Positions 1 to 13,548 of a DNA stretch of 64,000 nt are shown here, one piece after another. Position numbers and translations under genes: made by a program. The notes beneath the pieces were generated by a model that saw nothing but the letters and a program-made list of their open reading frames with translations, was not told where the DNA came from and made no database searches. How positions within the stretch are numbered: the stretch's first letter is position 1; the number at the start of each line of letters is the position of its first letter. Source of the DNA: Octopus vulgaris (Eukaryota); contig OX597823.1 of the NCBI GenBank assembly GCA_951406725.2, forward strand, positions 3,658,001-3,722,000. Reading direction: 5' to 3'.

Positions 1-130
1 CCAGCACTAAACTTAAAACAAAATTTAAGTACTGGGGATGATTTGTTCAACTAATGCCTTCAAGCCAGAATGACCATAGTCCAAGTGGCCACTTATTCTA
101 TCAGTATCTTTTGCTGAACTACTAAGTTAT

Positions 131-998
131 GGTTCTAGGTAAATTCCACCAGGTAAATTTCACCAGAAGTAAATTTCACTATGGTATATTCCACCATGGT
201 AAATTCCACTCATGGACAGACTTCCAATATAAGCTGCTCCTGTTAATAATCACCGTGGTCAGTTTCTTTAGACAGTGGGTCAATACCTATGTTATTTAAT
301 CTGTCTGTCTCTCAAGTCTTAAGAAGAGAGAGAGAGAGAGAAAATAATCATTATAATCTACTTGAACTGAGATGGGATCGCTTCAATGCGCTCACACTGA
401 GCAAGAATTTATGAAAAGACTTGCTACAAAATTTCAAAATTTAAGCACACATTTTATTATAACAGTGAGGACATTGTGAAGCAGAGTTAGGATAAGAAAG
501 TTTTGATTTGTTTTTGAAAAAATTTCTTAAGACAAATTGTGTGCAACACTTCTTCAAAATTGCAGAGGATTTTCATTTTGATATTCCTGAACTGGCTTCT
601 TCAGTCATGCATCAATAATTTGATAGGTCCTTTTCTTGTTGTTGAATGAAGTTGTTTCTGTCTTGTAAATACTGTAAAACATTCTTATCTCTCTTTGAGT
701 TTTTGCTTTGTTTAACAAATTTCAATGAGTCTCTTTCTCATCCTGCTTCCTCCCCATTCAGCTGTTTACTTTGTATTCCCCGTGGGTTTCTTCGTCTGGT
801 TGTTCCTTAATTATTTTTCCTCCCTCCTATTTTTTTTTTGTATTCATTCATATTAATATTATTTTTTATGCATTCTTTTTTACTTTCATAATATCATAAC
901 CCATATAATGATGATGATGATGATGATGATGATAATTTCACCTATGGTGAAATTTACCATAGTGGTGGAATATACTGTGGTGGAATTTACCAGTCACC
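131..998. mobile_element. Non-autonomous TIR DNA transposon (MULE- or Merlin-like)
   Basis: GG...CC termini. Both ends are built from inverted arrays of GGTAAATTCCACC-like motifs. Flanked by an 8-bp duplication, taagttat (123-130) and taagttac (999-1006). Confidence 0.7.
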
Positions 999-1081
999 TA
1001 AGTTACAGGAATATAAACAAACCAACACCAGTTGTCAAGCAGTGGTGAATGACAAACACAGACACAAAGACACACACATAT

Positions 1082-1240
1082 ATCATCATCGTCATCATTT
1101 AATGTCCACTTTCCATGCTGGCATGGGTTGGACAGTTGGACTGAGGGCTGGCAAGTCAGAAGGTTGTACCAGGCTCCAATCTGATCTGGCAGTGTTTCTA
1201 CAGCTGGATGCCCTTCCTAATGCCAACCACTCCGAGAGTG
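1082..1240 (-). mobile_element. RTE LINE 3' tail fragment
   Basis: (CAT)n followed by tttccatgctggcatgggttgg...cagctggatgcccttcctaa, the reverse complement of the tail at 5360-5523. Confidence 0.8.
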
Positions 1241-1729
1241 TAATATATACATACAACAAGCTTCTTTTAGTTTCCACCTACCAAATCCATGCTCAAGGCT
1301 TTGGTTGGTCTGAGGCTATAGTAGATGACACTTGCTCAAGGTGATAAACAGTGGGATTGAACCCAGAACCATGTGGTTGGGAAGTAAGCTTCTTACCACA
1401 CAGCCTTGCCTGCACCTATATCTAAAAGAATACTAAAACAGGATGGTCGTAGCTGGAACATCTTTGATCATAGGTCTGCTCGATCGGGGCTAGCCTGGTA
1501 TTAAACAACAACAACAACAACAGCATTAGGATCTGTTAAGGTGGGGTGAGGCAGTGAGACGGGATATGCTGAAGTATTTTGGAATGGTGAATAATTTCCC
1601 TAATGTTTCCCAGACCCCAACAACGCTAATCGTGGGAAAGTTCACCCTAAAGTCACAAAGTTGAAATTAATGACCAATTCACAATTCTATCTTCACAGCA
1701 TCTTTAATGAATAATGAGTTAAATAAAAT

Positions 1730-1960
1730 TAGCAGTTGTTGCTGCTGGAAGTTGTTGTTGTTGGTGGTTGGTGATGGTGGGTGGTGATGGTGATGGTGAT
1801 GGTGATGGTGGTGGTGGTGGCAGTGGTTGTTGTTGGTGATGGTCATCATCGTGGTGGTTGTTGTTTTTGGCAGCTGGGGGTGGAGGTGGTGATGCTGGTG
1901 GTTGTTGCTGTGGTGATGGTTGTTGCTGTTGCTGTTGTTGTTGGCCACTGTTGTTGTTTT
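1730..1960. repeat. Degenerate (GGT/GTT/GAT)n trinucleotide tract
   Basis: Seen directly. It produces the His/Asn/Val-rich pseudo-ORFs. Confidence 0.85.
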
Positions 1961-2039
1961 TGCATTGTGAATTATTTGCAACATTGTTCCACCATTAATA
2001 CATTTAAATATGTATAACTGGAGTCATTGTGACAAACTC

Positions 2040-3310
2040 TGTGCGTGTGTGTGTGTGTGTGTATGTTTGTATGCTCAAGTGTGAGTGTATGCGTGTATGT
2101 GCCTGTATGTGTCTGTTATGTGTGGTTGAGTGTGTGCATGTTTGAGGGAGGAGGGGGTCATATGTGCTTGTATGTTTATTTATGTAACTGTGTATGTGTG
2201 TATATTTGTATATGTTTGTGTATGTGCCTCAATATGTGTATGTGTGTGTGTTTGTATGCTTGGGTGTGTGTGTGTGTGTGTGTTTTATACTTGGGTGCAT
2301 GTGTGTGTGTGTCTGTATGCTCGGGTGCATGTGCGTGTGTATGTATGTGTATGTATCTTTGTATGCTTGGGTGTGTGTGTGTGTGTGTGTGTGTGTATGC
2401 TCGGGTGCATGTATGTGTGTATGTATGTTTGTATGCTTGGGTGTGTGTGTGTGTGCGTGTGTGTGTCTGTATGCTCGGGTGCATGTGTGTGTGTATGTAT
2501 GTTTGTATGCTTGGGTGGGTGTGTGTGTGTGTGTCTGTATGCTCGGGTGCATGTATGTGTGTATGTATGTTTGTATGCTTGGGTGTGTGTGTGTGTGTCT
2601 GTATGCTCGGGTGCATGTGTGTGTGTGTGTATGTATGTGTATGTATGTTTGTATGCTTGGGTGTGTGTGTGTGTCTGTATGCTCGGGTGCATGTGTGTGT
2701 GTATGTATGTGTATGTATGTTTGTATGCTTGGGTATGTGTGTGTGTGTGTCTGTATGCTCAGGTGCATGTGTGTGTGTATGTATGTGTATGTATGTTTGT
2801 ATGCTTGTGTGTGTGTGTGTCTGTATGCTCGGGTGCATGTGTGTGTGTATGTATGTGTATGTATGTTTGTATGCTTGGGTGTGTGTGTGTGTCTGTATGC
2901 TCAGGTGCATGTGTGTGTGTATGTATGTGTATGTATGTTTGTATGCTTGGGTATGTGTGTGTGTGTGTGTGTCTGTATGCTCAGGTGCATGTGTGTGTGT
3001 ATGTATGTGTATGTATGTTTGTATGCTTGGGTGTGTGTGTGTGTGTGTGTCTGTATGCTCGGGTGCATGTATGTGTATGTATGTTTGGGTGTGTGTGTGT
3101 GTATGTCTGTATGCTCTGGTGCATGTGTGTGTGTATGTGTATGTATGTTTGTATGCTTGGGTGTGTGTGTGTCTGTATGCTCGGGTGCATGTGTGTGTAT
3201 GTATGTGTATGTATGTATGTTTGTATGCTTGGGTGTGTGTGTGTGTCTGTATGCTCGGGTGCATGTGTGTGTGTGTGTGTCTGTATGCTCGGGTGTATGT
3301 CTGTGTGCTC
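2040..3310. repeat. Compound minisatellite of about 60-70 bp units built from (GT)n/(GTAT)n plus fixed motifs
   Basis: Recurrent pattern tttgtatgcttggg-(gt)n-ctgtatgctcgggtgcat-(gt)n-(gtat)n, repeated well over a dozen times. Confidence 0.9.
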
Positions 3311-3632
3311 AAACGTATGTGAATATTCGAGTGTCGTGTCTTTGGCACGTATAATCATTGAGCTTGCGAAAATAATTCATTAACCGACATTTAAACATAT
3401 AAAAATCTGAAATTTCTGAAAGGCTGTCAATGTATTTCAATGAATTTCGACCTGACCAACTTTTAGTAAACGTTAAATATTTGTGATGTTAATACGGTTA
3501 GAGTGAATGCATAATTTAACTGACAGTTGAGCCATCAGAAATTTCAGATTTACATGTTAAGTGTTCACAGGTTTGTTTTTACTGGTTTTAATCAATTGAC
3601 TGACATATATAATTATTTTATTTAATAATGCT

Positions 3633-4900
3633 CAGGAGAAATACCTAGCCAAGGATAAGCCCCTGTACCTGGCTTTCGTTGACATGGAGAAAGCCTTTGA
3701 TAGGGTCCCCCGATCCCTCATCTGGTGGTCAATGAGGAAACTAGGGATAGATGAATGGCTGGTGAGGGCTGTGCAAGCCATGTACAGAGATGCCGTAAGT
3801 AAGGTTAGAGTTGGCAACATGTACACAGAAGAATTCAAAGTAGAGGTTGGGGTCCACCAGGGTTCAGTACTCAGCCCCCTCCTATTTATCATAGTCCTCC
3901 AGGCAATAACGGAGGAATTCAAGACAGGTTGCCCCTGGGAGCTCCTCTACGCTGACGACCTCGCTCTAATCGCTGAGTCACTATCAGAACTGGAGGAGAA
4001 GTTCCAGGTGTGGAAGGAGGGTTTAGAATCGAGGGGCCTTAGAGTCAACCTAGCTAAAACCAAAGTACTAATAAGTAGAAAGGTAGAAAACCCACAAATA
4101 TCCTCAGGAAGATGGCCCTGCTCGATCTGTAGAAAAGGTGTAGGTAGAAACTCTATAAGATGTACCCAGTGTAAGCTATGGACACATAAGAGGTGCAGCA
4201 ATGTCAAAGGTAGGCTAACTGGGAAGATAGTTTTTGTATGTGGCAGGTGCTCTGGAGCATTGACCTCCGAAAATCTGCAGAAAACAACTTCTGTCACTTT
4301 CCGGGGGAAAAACTAGAAGTAGTTGATAGCTTCCGCTATCTAGGTGACCAAGTCAGTAGTGGGGGTGGGTGCGCTGAAAGTGTAACTGCTAGAATAAGAA
4401 TAGCCTGGGCAAAGTTTAGGGAGCTCTTACCTCTGCTGGTGACTAAAGGCCTCTCGCTCAGAGTAAAAGGCAGACTGTATGATGCATGTGTACGAACAGC
4501 TATGCTACATGGCAGTGAAACATGGGCCGTGACTGCTGAGGACATGCGTAAGCTCGTGAGGAACGAAGCCAGTATGCTCCGATGGATGTGTAATGTCAGT
4601 GTACTTACTCGACAGAGCGTTAGTACCATGAGAGAAATGTTGTACCTAAGAAGCATCAGTTGTTGTGTGCAAGAGAGACGATTGCGCTGGTATGGTCATG
4701 TGGCGAGAATGGATGAAGATAGGTGTGTGAGAAAGTGCCAATCCCTAGCAGTTGAGGGAACCCGTGGAAGAGGTAGACCCAGGAAAACCTGGGACGAGGT
4801 GGTGAAGCACGACCTTCGGACGTTAGGTCTCACCATGGAAATGACTAGAGACCGAGACCTATGGAAGTATGCTGTGCGTGAGAAGACCCGGCAAGACTAG
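3633..4900 (+). pseudogene. RTE reverse transcriptase C-terminal half with one frameshift near 4305
   Basis: ORFs 3684-4316 and 4238-4900 join when one base is restored (ttccgggggaaaaac versus ttccagggagaaaaac in copy 2). Confidence 0.9.
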
Positions 4901-5077
4901 TGAAGCCATAATCTGTGGCCCCTACCTGGGACGTAGTCAGTCCACCTGTGCATACCTTCCTTCTTGTGACACTTGTGAAGACCTGTTGAGGCAAGTGAGA
5001 ATCGAATCGTATCGAATCAAATCGAACCAAATCAAAATAGATGAACATCAATGGAATTTGTATCCTTGTGGTACCAG

Positions 5078-5350
5078 TGCCGGTGGCACATAAGAAAACC
5101 ATCCGAACGTGACCGTAGCCAGTACCGCAATGACTGGCCTCCGTGCTGAGGGCACGTAACAAACACCATCCGAGCGTGGCCGTCCGCCAGCCTCGTCTGG
5201 CACCTGTGTCGGTGACATAAGAAAACACCATCCGAGCGTGGCTGTCTGCCAGCCTCGTCTGGCACCTGTGTCGGTGGCACATAAAAAACACCATCCGAGC
5301 GTGGCCGTCTGCCAGCCTCGTCTGGCACCTGTGTCGGTGGCACATAAAAT
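5078..5350 (+). repeat. 63-bp tandem array in the RTE 3' UTR (about 4 units)
   Basis: Unit ggcacataaaaaacaccatccgagcgtggccgtctgccagcctcgtctggcacctgtgtcggt. The first unit is diverged. Confidence 0.9.
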
Positions 5351-5544
5351 CACCCACTACACTCGCGGAGTGGTTGGCGTTAGGAAGGGCATCCAGCTGT
5401 AGAAACACTGCCACATCTGACTGGCCTGGTGCAGCCTTCGGGCTTCCCAGACCCCAGTTGACCCGTCCAACCCATGCTAGCATGGAAAGCGGACGTTAAA
5501 CGATGATGATGATGATGATGATGAATGCTCAATGACACTTACAA

Positions 5545-6162
5545 GAGGGTGCTGAAAAGTTCCTGGCTTTAAGGTTGCTGCAAAGGGTGTAGGATTTGGG
5601 GTTATCTGTCTCTGTGTGATCTCTGCACTTGTAGGGTGCTTCACACGTTTTCCCTACAATGTTGTAGAAAGGAATAAAACAGCAGGAACACGAATCGCTG
5701 AACAAATAACAATAATGGTTTATTATTTCACAGAAGGAGATACTTCATCGCTGGTCATCGGTAGCATGAATGCCTGGGTTAGGAAAGGCAGCAGAGTAGG
5801 GATTAAATCACCATGGTTAAAACTGTCTTCACCACCCGCGGAGAGTTTGGTTCGCCCTTCAAGTCTGGTTCGCCCCTTCACTTGGAGCCTTGTCGGGACA
5901 CGTCTTAATTCATCGACTGCCAAGAGTCAAGAGGCTTGGAATAGCGGGAAAGGCTAACTGCTCCTGATTACTGCTCATGCACATCAGGGGACTTCTGGTG
6001 GCCTACAGGAAGACACCAAACATTGCACATGCGCAGATGGATATCCCAAAATGGCATCTAAAACCTGGCGTCACTACAAAGGCCTGGCTGGAGGCCCATC
6101 CTTCCGAGTTCTTTTCAGGGATTAGAAAAACTGAAGGACCACTCCAATAAGTGTGAATCTGG
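5545..6162 (+). mobile_element. Mariner-derived MITE, interrupted by a solo LTR
   Basis: The two flanks join into a sequence matching the uninterrupted copy at 18487-18692. Confidence 0.7.
5588..6078 (-). mobile_element. Solo LTR (Gypsy- or BEL-type)
   Basis: 491 bp with TGTAG...CTACA termini and a 5-bp TSD (aaggg/aaggc, one mismatch). AATAAA is present on both strands, so orientation is tentative. It cleanly splits a MITE. Confidence 0.7.
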
Positions 6163-6446
6163 GGCACCACCTTGAAGGGTCTTTAGTTGAGCAAATCAAC
6201 CCCAGTACTTCTTTTTTTTTTGAAAGTCTGATACTTATTTTATTAGTCTCTTTTGCTGAACTGCAAAGTTACAAGGAAACACACACACACACACACACAC
6301 ACGAGGGGTTTCTTTCAGTTTTCGCCTAACAAATACACTAATAAAGTTTTGGTCTGCCCAACACACTTGCCCAAAGTACCACACAGTTGGACTGAACCTA
6401 GAACCATGTGGTTGGCAAACAAACTTCTTACCACACAGCCACACCT
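6160..6446 (-). mobile_element. SINE family A, internally deleted
   Basis: Matches family-A head and 3' segments. Confidence 0.7.
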
Positions 6447-6805
6447 AGAAAAATCATCACCAAGCTTTAAAAGTTTCCAAACACCATTCAACACTTCTTA
6501 GAAGGAAATGTTGTTAACGACATGAAGTGAAAACCCCTCTATCTGTGGACTAATCCATCCTCTAAGGCTATGCTGAGTTTAATCTACCTACAGATCTGCT
6601 GTTGAAATAAAAAGGGTTGGAACGAAGACTGCAAGTGATTTTGGAGATTGTGCTTCTGTTTAGATTTTGGGCCTCTGGTGAAGAATAGTGCCATGGAGTA
6701 AATTGTGGATGGATGCAATTCTACAATTTCCAATGTAAATTAATATTGACATGAATGGATGACAAAGTTAGGAGAGATTCATCCTCTGTATATACACATA
6801 CATAC

Positions 6806-9466
6806 AGAAGACAACTGGAGGTCTCTAAGGGTCAACCTGCTGAGAACCACTGACCAGATCTGTGGTTCGTGCAAAGTCCCCTCAAGACCCAAAATAACAT
6901 GATGGTGGAACAATATTGTTGACAGGGCTATTAGACAAAAGAAACAAGCTTGGAAGGACTGGAAGAACGGTGGTAGCAGGGAAGTGTATCAGACTGCCAG
7001 AAGGGAAGCTAGGAGGCAGGTGTATTTAGCCAGAGGGGAAGCAGATAAGAAAAAATTTGCCAATGTTCTGCGCCGTGAAGATGAAAGACTTGAGGTATTT
7101 CGTGTTGCAAGACAGTGTGTGAGAGAGAATCATGATGTGGTAGGAGAGAAATGTGTTCGCATGGATGATGGTTCACTTGCGCTAAATGAGGATGCAAAGA
7201 GAGAGGTTTGGAGATGCCACTATGAAAGGTTGCTGAATAAAGAAAATGAATGGGATAAAGAGAGTCTGCCGAATGTTGACCCAACAGAGGGACCAGCTAT
7301 CCGAGTTGACTGTTCCTTGGTAGTTAAGGCAATTAGAAGCATGAAGACAGGTAAAGCCCCAGGCCCATCAGGAATCACTGCAGAGATGCTCAAAATATCT
7401 GGTAGTATCGGCTATAGCCTAGTCACCTGTATAGTTAACCAGGTGATACACGAAGGAGTCATTCCAAATGACTGGTGTAGCAGCATAATAGTCAACTGCT
7501 ACAAAGGTAAAGGTGACACCCTAGATACAAATAATTACAGGGGTATCAAGCTGTTGGATCAGGTGATGAAGGTTACAGAGAGGGTCATAAGCCAACTAAT
7601 TAGAGAGAGAGTTAGTTTAGATGAGATGCAGTTTGGGTTCGTGCCAGGGAAAAGTACCACTGATGCTATATTCCTGGTAAGGCAGCTGCAGGAGAAATAC
7701 CTAGCCAAAGATAAGCCCCTGAACCTGGCTTTTGTTGACATGGAGAAAGCCTTCGACAGGGTCCCCCGATCCCTCATCTGGTGGTCAATGAAGAAACTAG
7801 GGATAGATGAATGGTTAGTGAGAGCTGTGCGAGCCATGTACAGGGACACTGCTAGTAAGGTGAGGGTTGGCAATGAGTACAGTGAAGAATTCCAGGTAGA
7901 GGTTGGGGTCCACCAAGATTCAGTCCTCAGCCCCCTCCTATTTATCATAGTCCTCCAGGCAATAACGGAGGAATACAAGACAGGATGCCCCTGGGAGCTC
8001 CTATATGCTGATGACCTTGCTCTAATTGCTGAGTCACTATCAGAACTGGAGGAGAGGTTTCAGGTGTGGAAGCAAGGATTAGAATCGAAGGGCCTTAGAG
8101 TCAACCTAGCTAAAACCAAAGTCGTAATCAGTAGGAAGGTAGACAAATCACAAATGCCTTCAGGTAGATGGCCCTACTCGATCTGTAGAAAAGGCGTAGG
8201 TAGAAACTCTATAAGATGCACCAAGTGTAAGCTATGGACACATAAGAGGTGCAGCAATGTCAAAGGAAGGCTAACTAGGAAGATGGTTTTTGTATGTGGC
8301 AGATGCTCAGGAGCAATAAACACATTCCAGGGAGAAAAACTAGAAATGGTTGATAGCTTCCGTTACATAGGTGACCAAGTCAGTAGCGGGGGCGGGTGTG
8401 CTGAAAGTGTAACTGCTAGAGTAAGAATAGCCTGGACAAAGTTCAGAGAGCTCTTACCCCCCGCTGGTGACAAAAGGCCTCTCGCTGAGAGTAAAAGGCA
8501 GACTGCATGACGCGTGTGTACGAACAGCCATGCTACATGGTGATGAAACATGGGCCATGACTGCTGAGGATATGCGTAAGCTCGCAAGAAATGAAGCCAG
8601 TATGCTCTGATGGATGTGTAATGTCAGTACTTGACAGAGTGTAAGTACCTTGAGAGAAAAGTTGGACCTAAGAAGCATCAGTTGTGGTGTGCAAGAGAGA
8701 CGTTTGCGCTGGTATGGTCATGTGACGAGAATGGATGTGGATAGTTGTGTGAAAAAGTGCCACACCCTAGCGGTTGAGGGAACCTGTGGAAGAGGCAGAC
8801 CCAGGAAAACTTGGGGCGAGGTGGTGAAGCATGACCTTTGAACTTTAGGTCTCGCCGAGGAAATGACTAGAGACCGAGACCTATGGATGTATGCTGTGCG
8901 TGAGAAGACCCGGCAGGACAAGTGAGGCCATAACCCATGGCCTCTACCTGGGATGTAGCCAGTCCACTTATGCATACCTTCCTTCTTGGGACACAAAACT
9001 CTACTTGTGAAGACCTGTTGAGGCAAGTGAGAATCAGAATCAAAATAAAAATCGATCAACATGAATGGAAATTGTAGCTGTGATACCAGTGCTGGTGGCA
9101 CGTAAGAGAACCATCCGAATGTGGCTGTTGCCAGCACCACCCCGACGGGCATCTGTGCCGGTGACACGTTAAAAGCACCATCCGATTGTGGCCGTTGCCA
9201 ACCTTGCCTGGCCCCCATGCTGGTGGCACGTAAAAAGCACCATCCGACCGTGGACGTTTGCCAGCTCCGTCTGGCACCTGTGCGGGTGGCACGTAAAAAG
9301 CACCCACTACACTCACGGAGTGGTTGGCGTTAGGAAGGGCATTCAGCTGTAGAAACACTGCCAGATCAGACTGGGCCTGATGCAGCCTTCTGGCTTCCCA
9401 GACCCCAGTTGAACCGTCCAACCCATGCTAGCATGGAGAACGGACGCTAAATGATGATGATGATGA
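6806..9466 (+). mobile_element. 5'-truncated RTE LINE (older, longer copy)
   Basis: The 508-aa ORF 6984-8510 carries KAPGPSGI, NYRGIKLL, QFGFVPGKST and YADD. A frameshift near 8460 and stops follow. The 3' UTR has diverged 63-bp-type units and a (GAT)n tail. Confidence 0.95.
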
Positions 9467-9469
9467 TAC

Positions 9470-11710
<2,241 letters not shown>

Positions 11711-12223
11711 TATATGTGTATGTGTATCTGTGATAACAGTTATGAGCGTGCTATATCTACACAGAATGAGAGCACCCTAAAACAGATTGGTTGAGCTTAA
11801 TTATGTAATATAATCATCTGTTAAATTACAATTCTAATTGGATTCAAACTGTTTCCTGCATCATCTAATAATTGCCATGGGGAGCAGGGGGTCACCACTT
11901 CCTTGTACAAAAGACTAAGGTTTTTAGTTTTTTTTTTTTTTTGTTTGTTTGTTTTCTTTTTGAGCCCCAGAATGGCCCAATGAGTGCATTACACAATTTT
12001 GAAAATGCATGAAACAGCCTATACTCAGTAAAAATTGTAATCCAATTCATTATTTTATGTGTGTGTGTGTGTGTGTATGTACATATACACACTCATATAT
12101 ATATATACGTACTCACATATATTATGGTAAGAAGTTTGCTTACCAACCACTTGGTTCGGGGCTCAATTCCATTGTATGGCACCTTGGGCAAAGCCTTGTG
12201 AAGAGATTTGATGGATGGAAACA

Positions 12224-12269
<46 letters not shown>

Positions 12270-12272
<3 letters not shown>

Positions 12273-12490
12273 ATGATCATAATCACGATCCTTTAACGTC
12301 TGTTTTACATGCTGATATGGGTTGGACGGTTTGACTAGAGCCAGAGAGCTGCCCCATGTTCCAGTCTGATTTGGTTTGGTTTCCATGGCTGGGTGCCCTT
12401 CCTAACACCAACCACTCCGAGAGTGTGTATTGGGTGCTTTTAACATGCCACCAGCATGAACACTTTTAACATGCCACCAGCATGAACACA
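12270..12490 (-). mobile_element. Diverged RTE-tail fragment
   Basis: catgctgatatgggttggacgg...gcccttcctaacacaaccactccgagagtg. Confidence 0.7.
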
Positions 12491-12981
12491 ATATAATAGA
12501 TGCACTTATATAGTTATTATATACATATACATGCACATACACATGGGCATGTGTATCTCTCTCTTTCTCTTTCTGTATTTGTATGTATGTATGTATGTAT
12601 GTGTGTATCTATCTATATATATATATATATATATTTATAGCATGAATAACCCTCACTGGACTGTGTTAGTAGTTCAAAATTTATTCCATTCCATATCTAA
12701 CATCTTCTAAACACCAAACTATGTTTGTAGCTTCCAACTGATATCTGTTTCATGCAGGAAGATTAACTTCTGTGGCAAAGTCAGAAGTGTGGCATTATCC
12801 AAGAAATAATGCCAAGAACGAAATCAATTCTACCACTGTGCTTGTAGAATCTGCCTTGTATGAGTTGGCTATTTATGGTGAGGAATAGAAACAGCGAAGA
12901 GTAAAGGAAGTGAGGAAAGAAGGCAAAGAATCAGCTGCTAAAGTCTGAAATACAATGGCAGCTGACTATTATTAAGAGTGG

Positions 12982-13362
12982 ACATGGCTGTATGGTTGAG
13001 AGGCTTGCTTCCAACCATGTGGTCTTGGGTTCAGTTCTGCTGTGCAGCACCTTGGGCAAGTGTCTTCTACTAAAGCCCCAAATGGACACAAAACCTTGTG
13101 AGTGGATTTCATAGATGGCAACTGAAAGAAGCTCTTGATATATATGTGTGTGTATATACGTTTGTGTGCCCCCATGGATAAATATGATATGACAGTTGTA
13201 AATGAGTATCACCATCATATAAGTGAGGTTGTTCCTTGTTTAGAAACATGTGAGGGTTGGCAACAGGAAGGGCATCTGCTTGTAGGAAAGCTACCTTAAC
13301 AAACTCCATCTGGACCATAAAAGCATGGAAAAGTGGTTGCTAAATGAGGATGATGATGATGA
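12982..13362 (+). mobile_element. SINE with family-A tRNA head and RTE-like 3' tail
   Basis: Head tggctgtatgg...gggttcagttc...caccttgggcaagtgtcttct. Tail ggttggcaacaggaagggcatc...agcatggaaaagtgg...(GAT)n resembles the RTE tail. Confidence 0.65.
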
Positions 13363-13548
13363 TTGGTGATGAATGTTGGCACCATTGAAGTAAAAACTGA
13401 AATCAAAATAGGAACAGAGTTTACAATGAAATCAAAATCAAACCTTTAGAAGTAATTAGTTGGGCAAAGATCTCCATAAAGTTAAAACATAATTCCATTT
13501 ATGTTGTAATCCAAAATTTCATAATTTCTATTTGTTGGAATTTTGTTT

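Larger units (their letters stand above)
25..1418 (-). mobile_element. tRNA-derived SINE (family A), interrupted by a DNA transposon (131-998) and an RTE-tail fragment (1082-1240)
   Basis: Segments match the complete family-A copies at 17410-17825, 27580-27980 and 40288-40688. The minus-strand head has A-box-like GGCTGTGTGG and B-box GGTTCAATCC. Confidence 0.7.
3633..5523 (+). mobile_element. 5'-truncated RTE-clade non-LTR retrotransposon (young copy)
   Basis: RT motifs FVDMEKAFDRV, GVHQGSVLSP, LLYADD and FRYLG, plus the RTE C-terminus RRLRWYGHVARM...GRGRPRKTW. 3' UTR ends in (GAT)n. TSD aatgctca at 3627-3634 and 5524-5531. Confidence 0.95.

Noticed and set aside
2045-3383. Long Cys/Val-rich and His/Thr-rich ORFs of about 400 aa
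   Set aside because: They are open in nearly all frames because the (GT)n-based satellite lacks stop codons.
5302-5345. Resemblance of the array unit (GGCCGUC-UGCCA-GCC-UCGUCU-GGC) to the 5' half of the HDV ribozyme
   Set aside because: No P1 3' strand follows P3 and the L3/P1.1 consensus is missing. RTE HDV-like ribozymes are known from 5' ends. An RNArobo HDV descriptor search would settle it.
5616-5957. 113-aa ORF
   Set aside because: It lies wholly within the solo LTR and has no recognisable motif.
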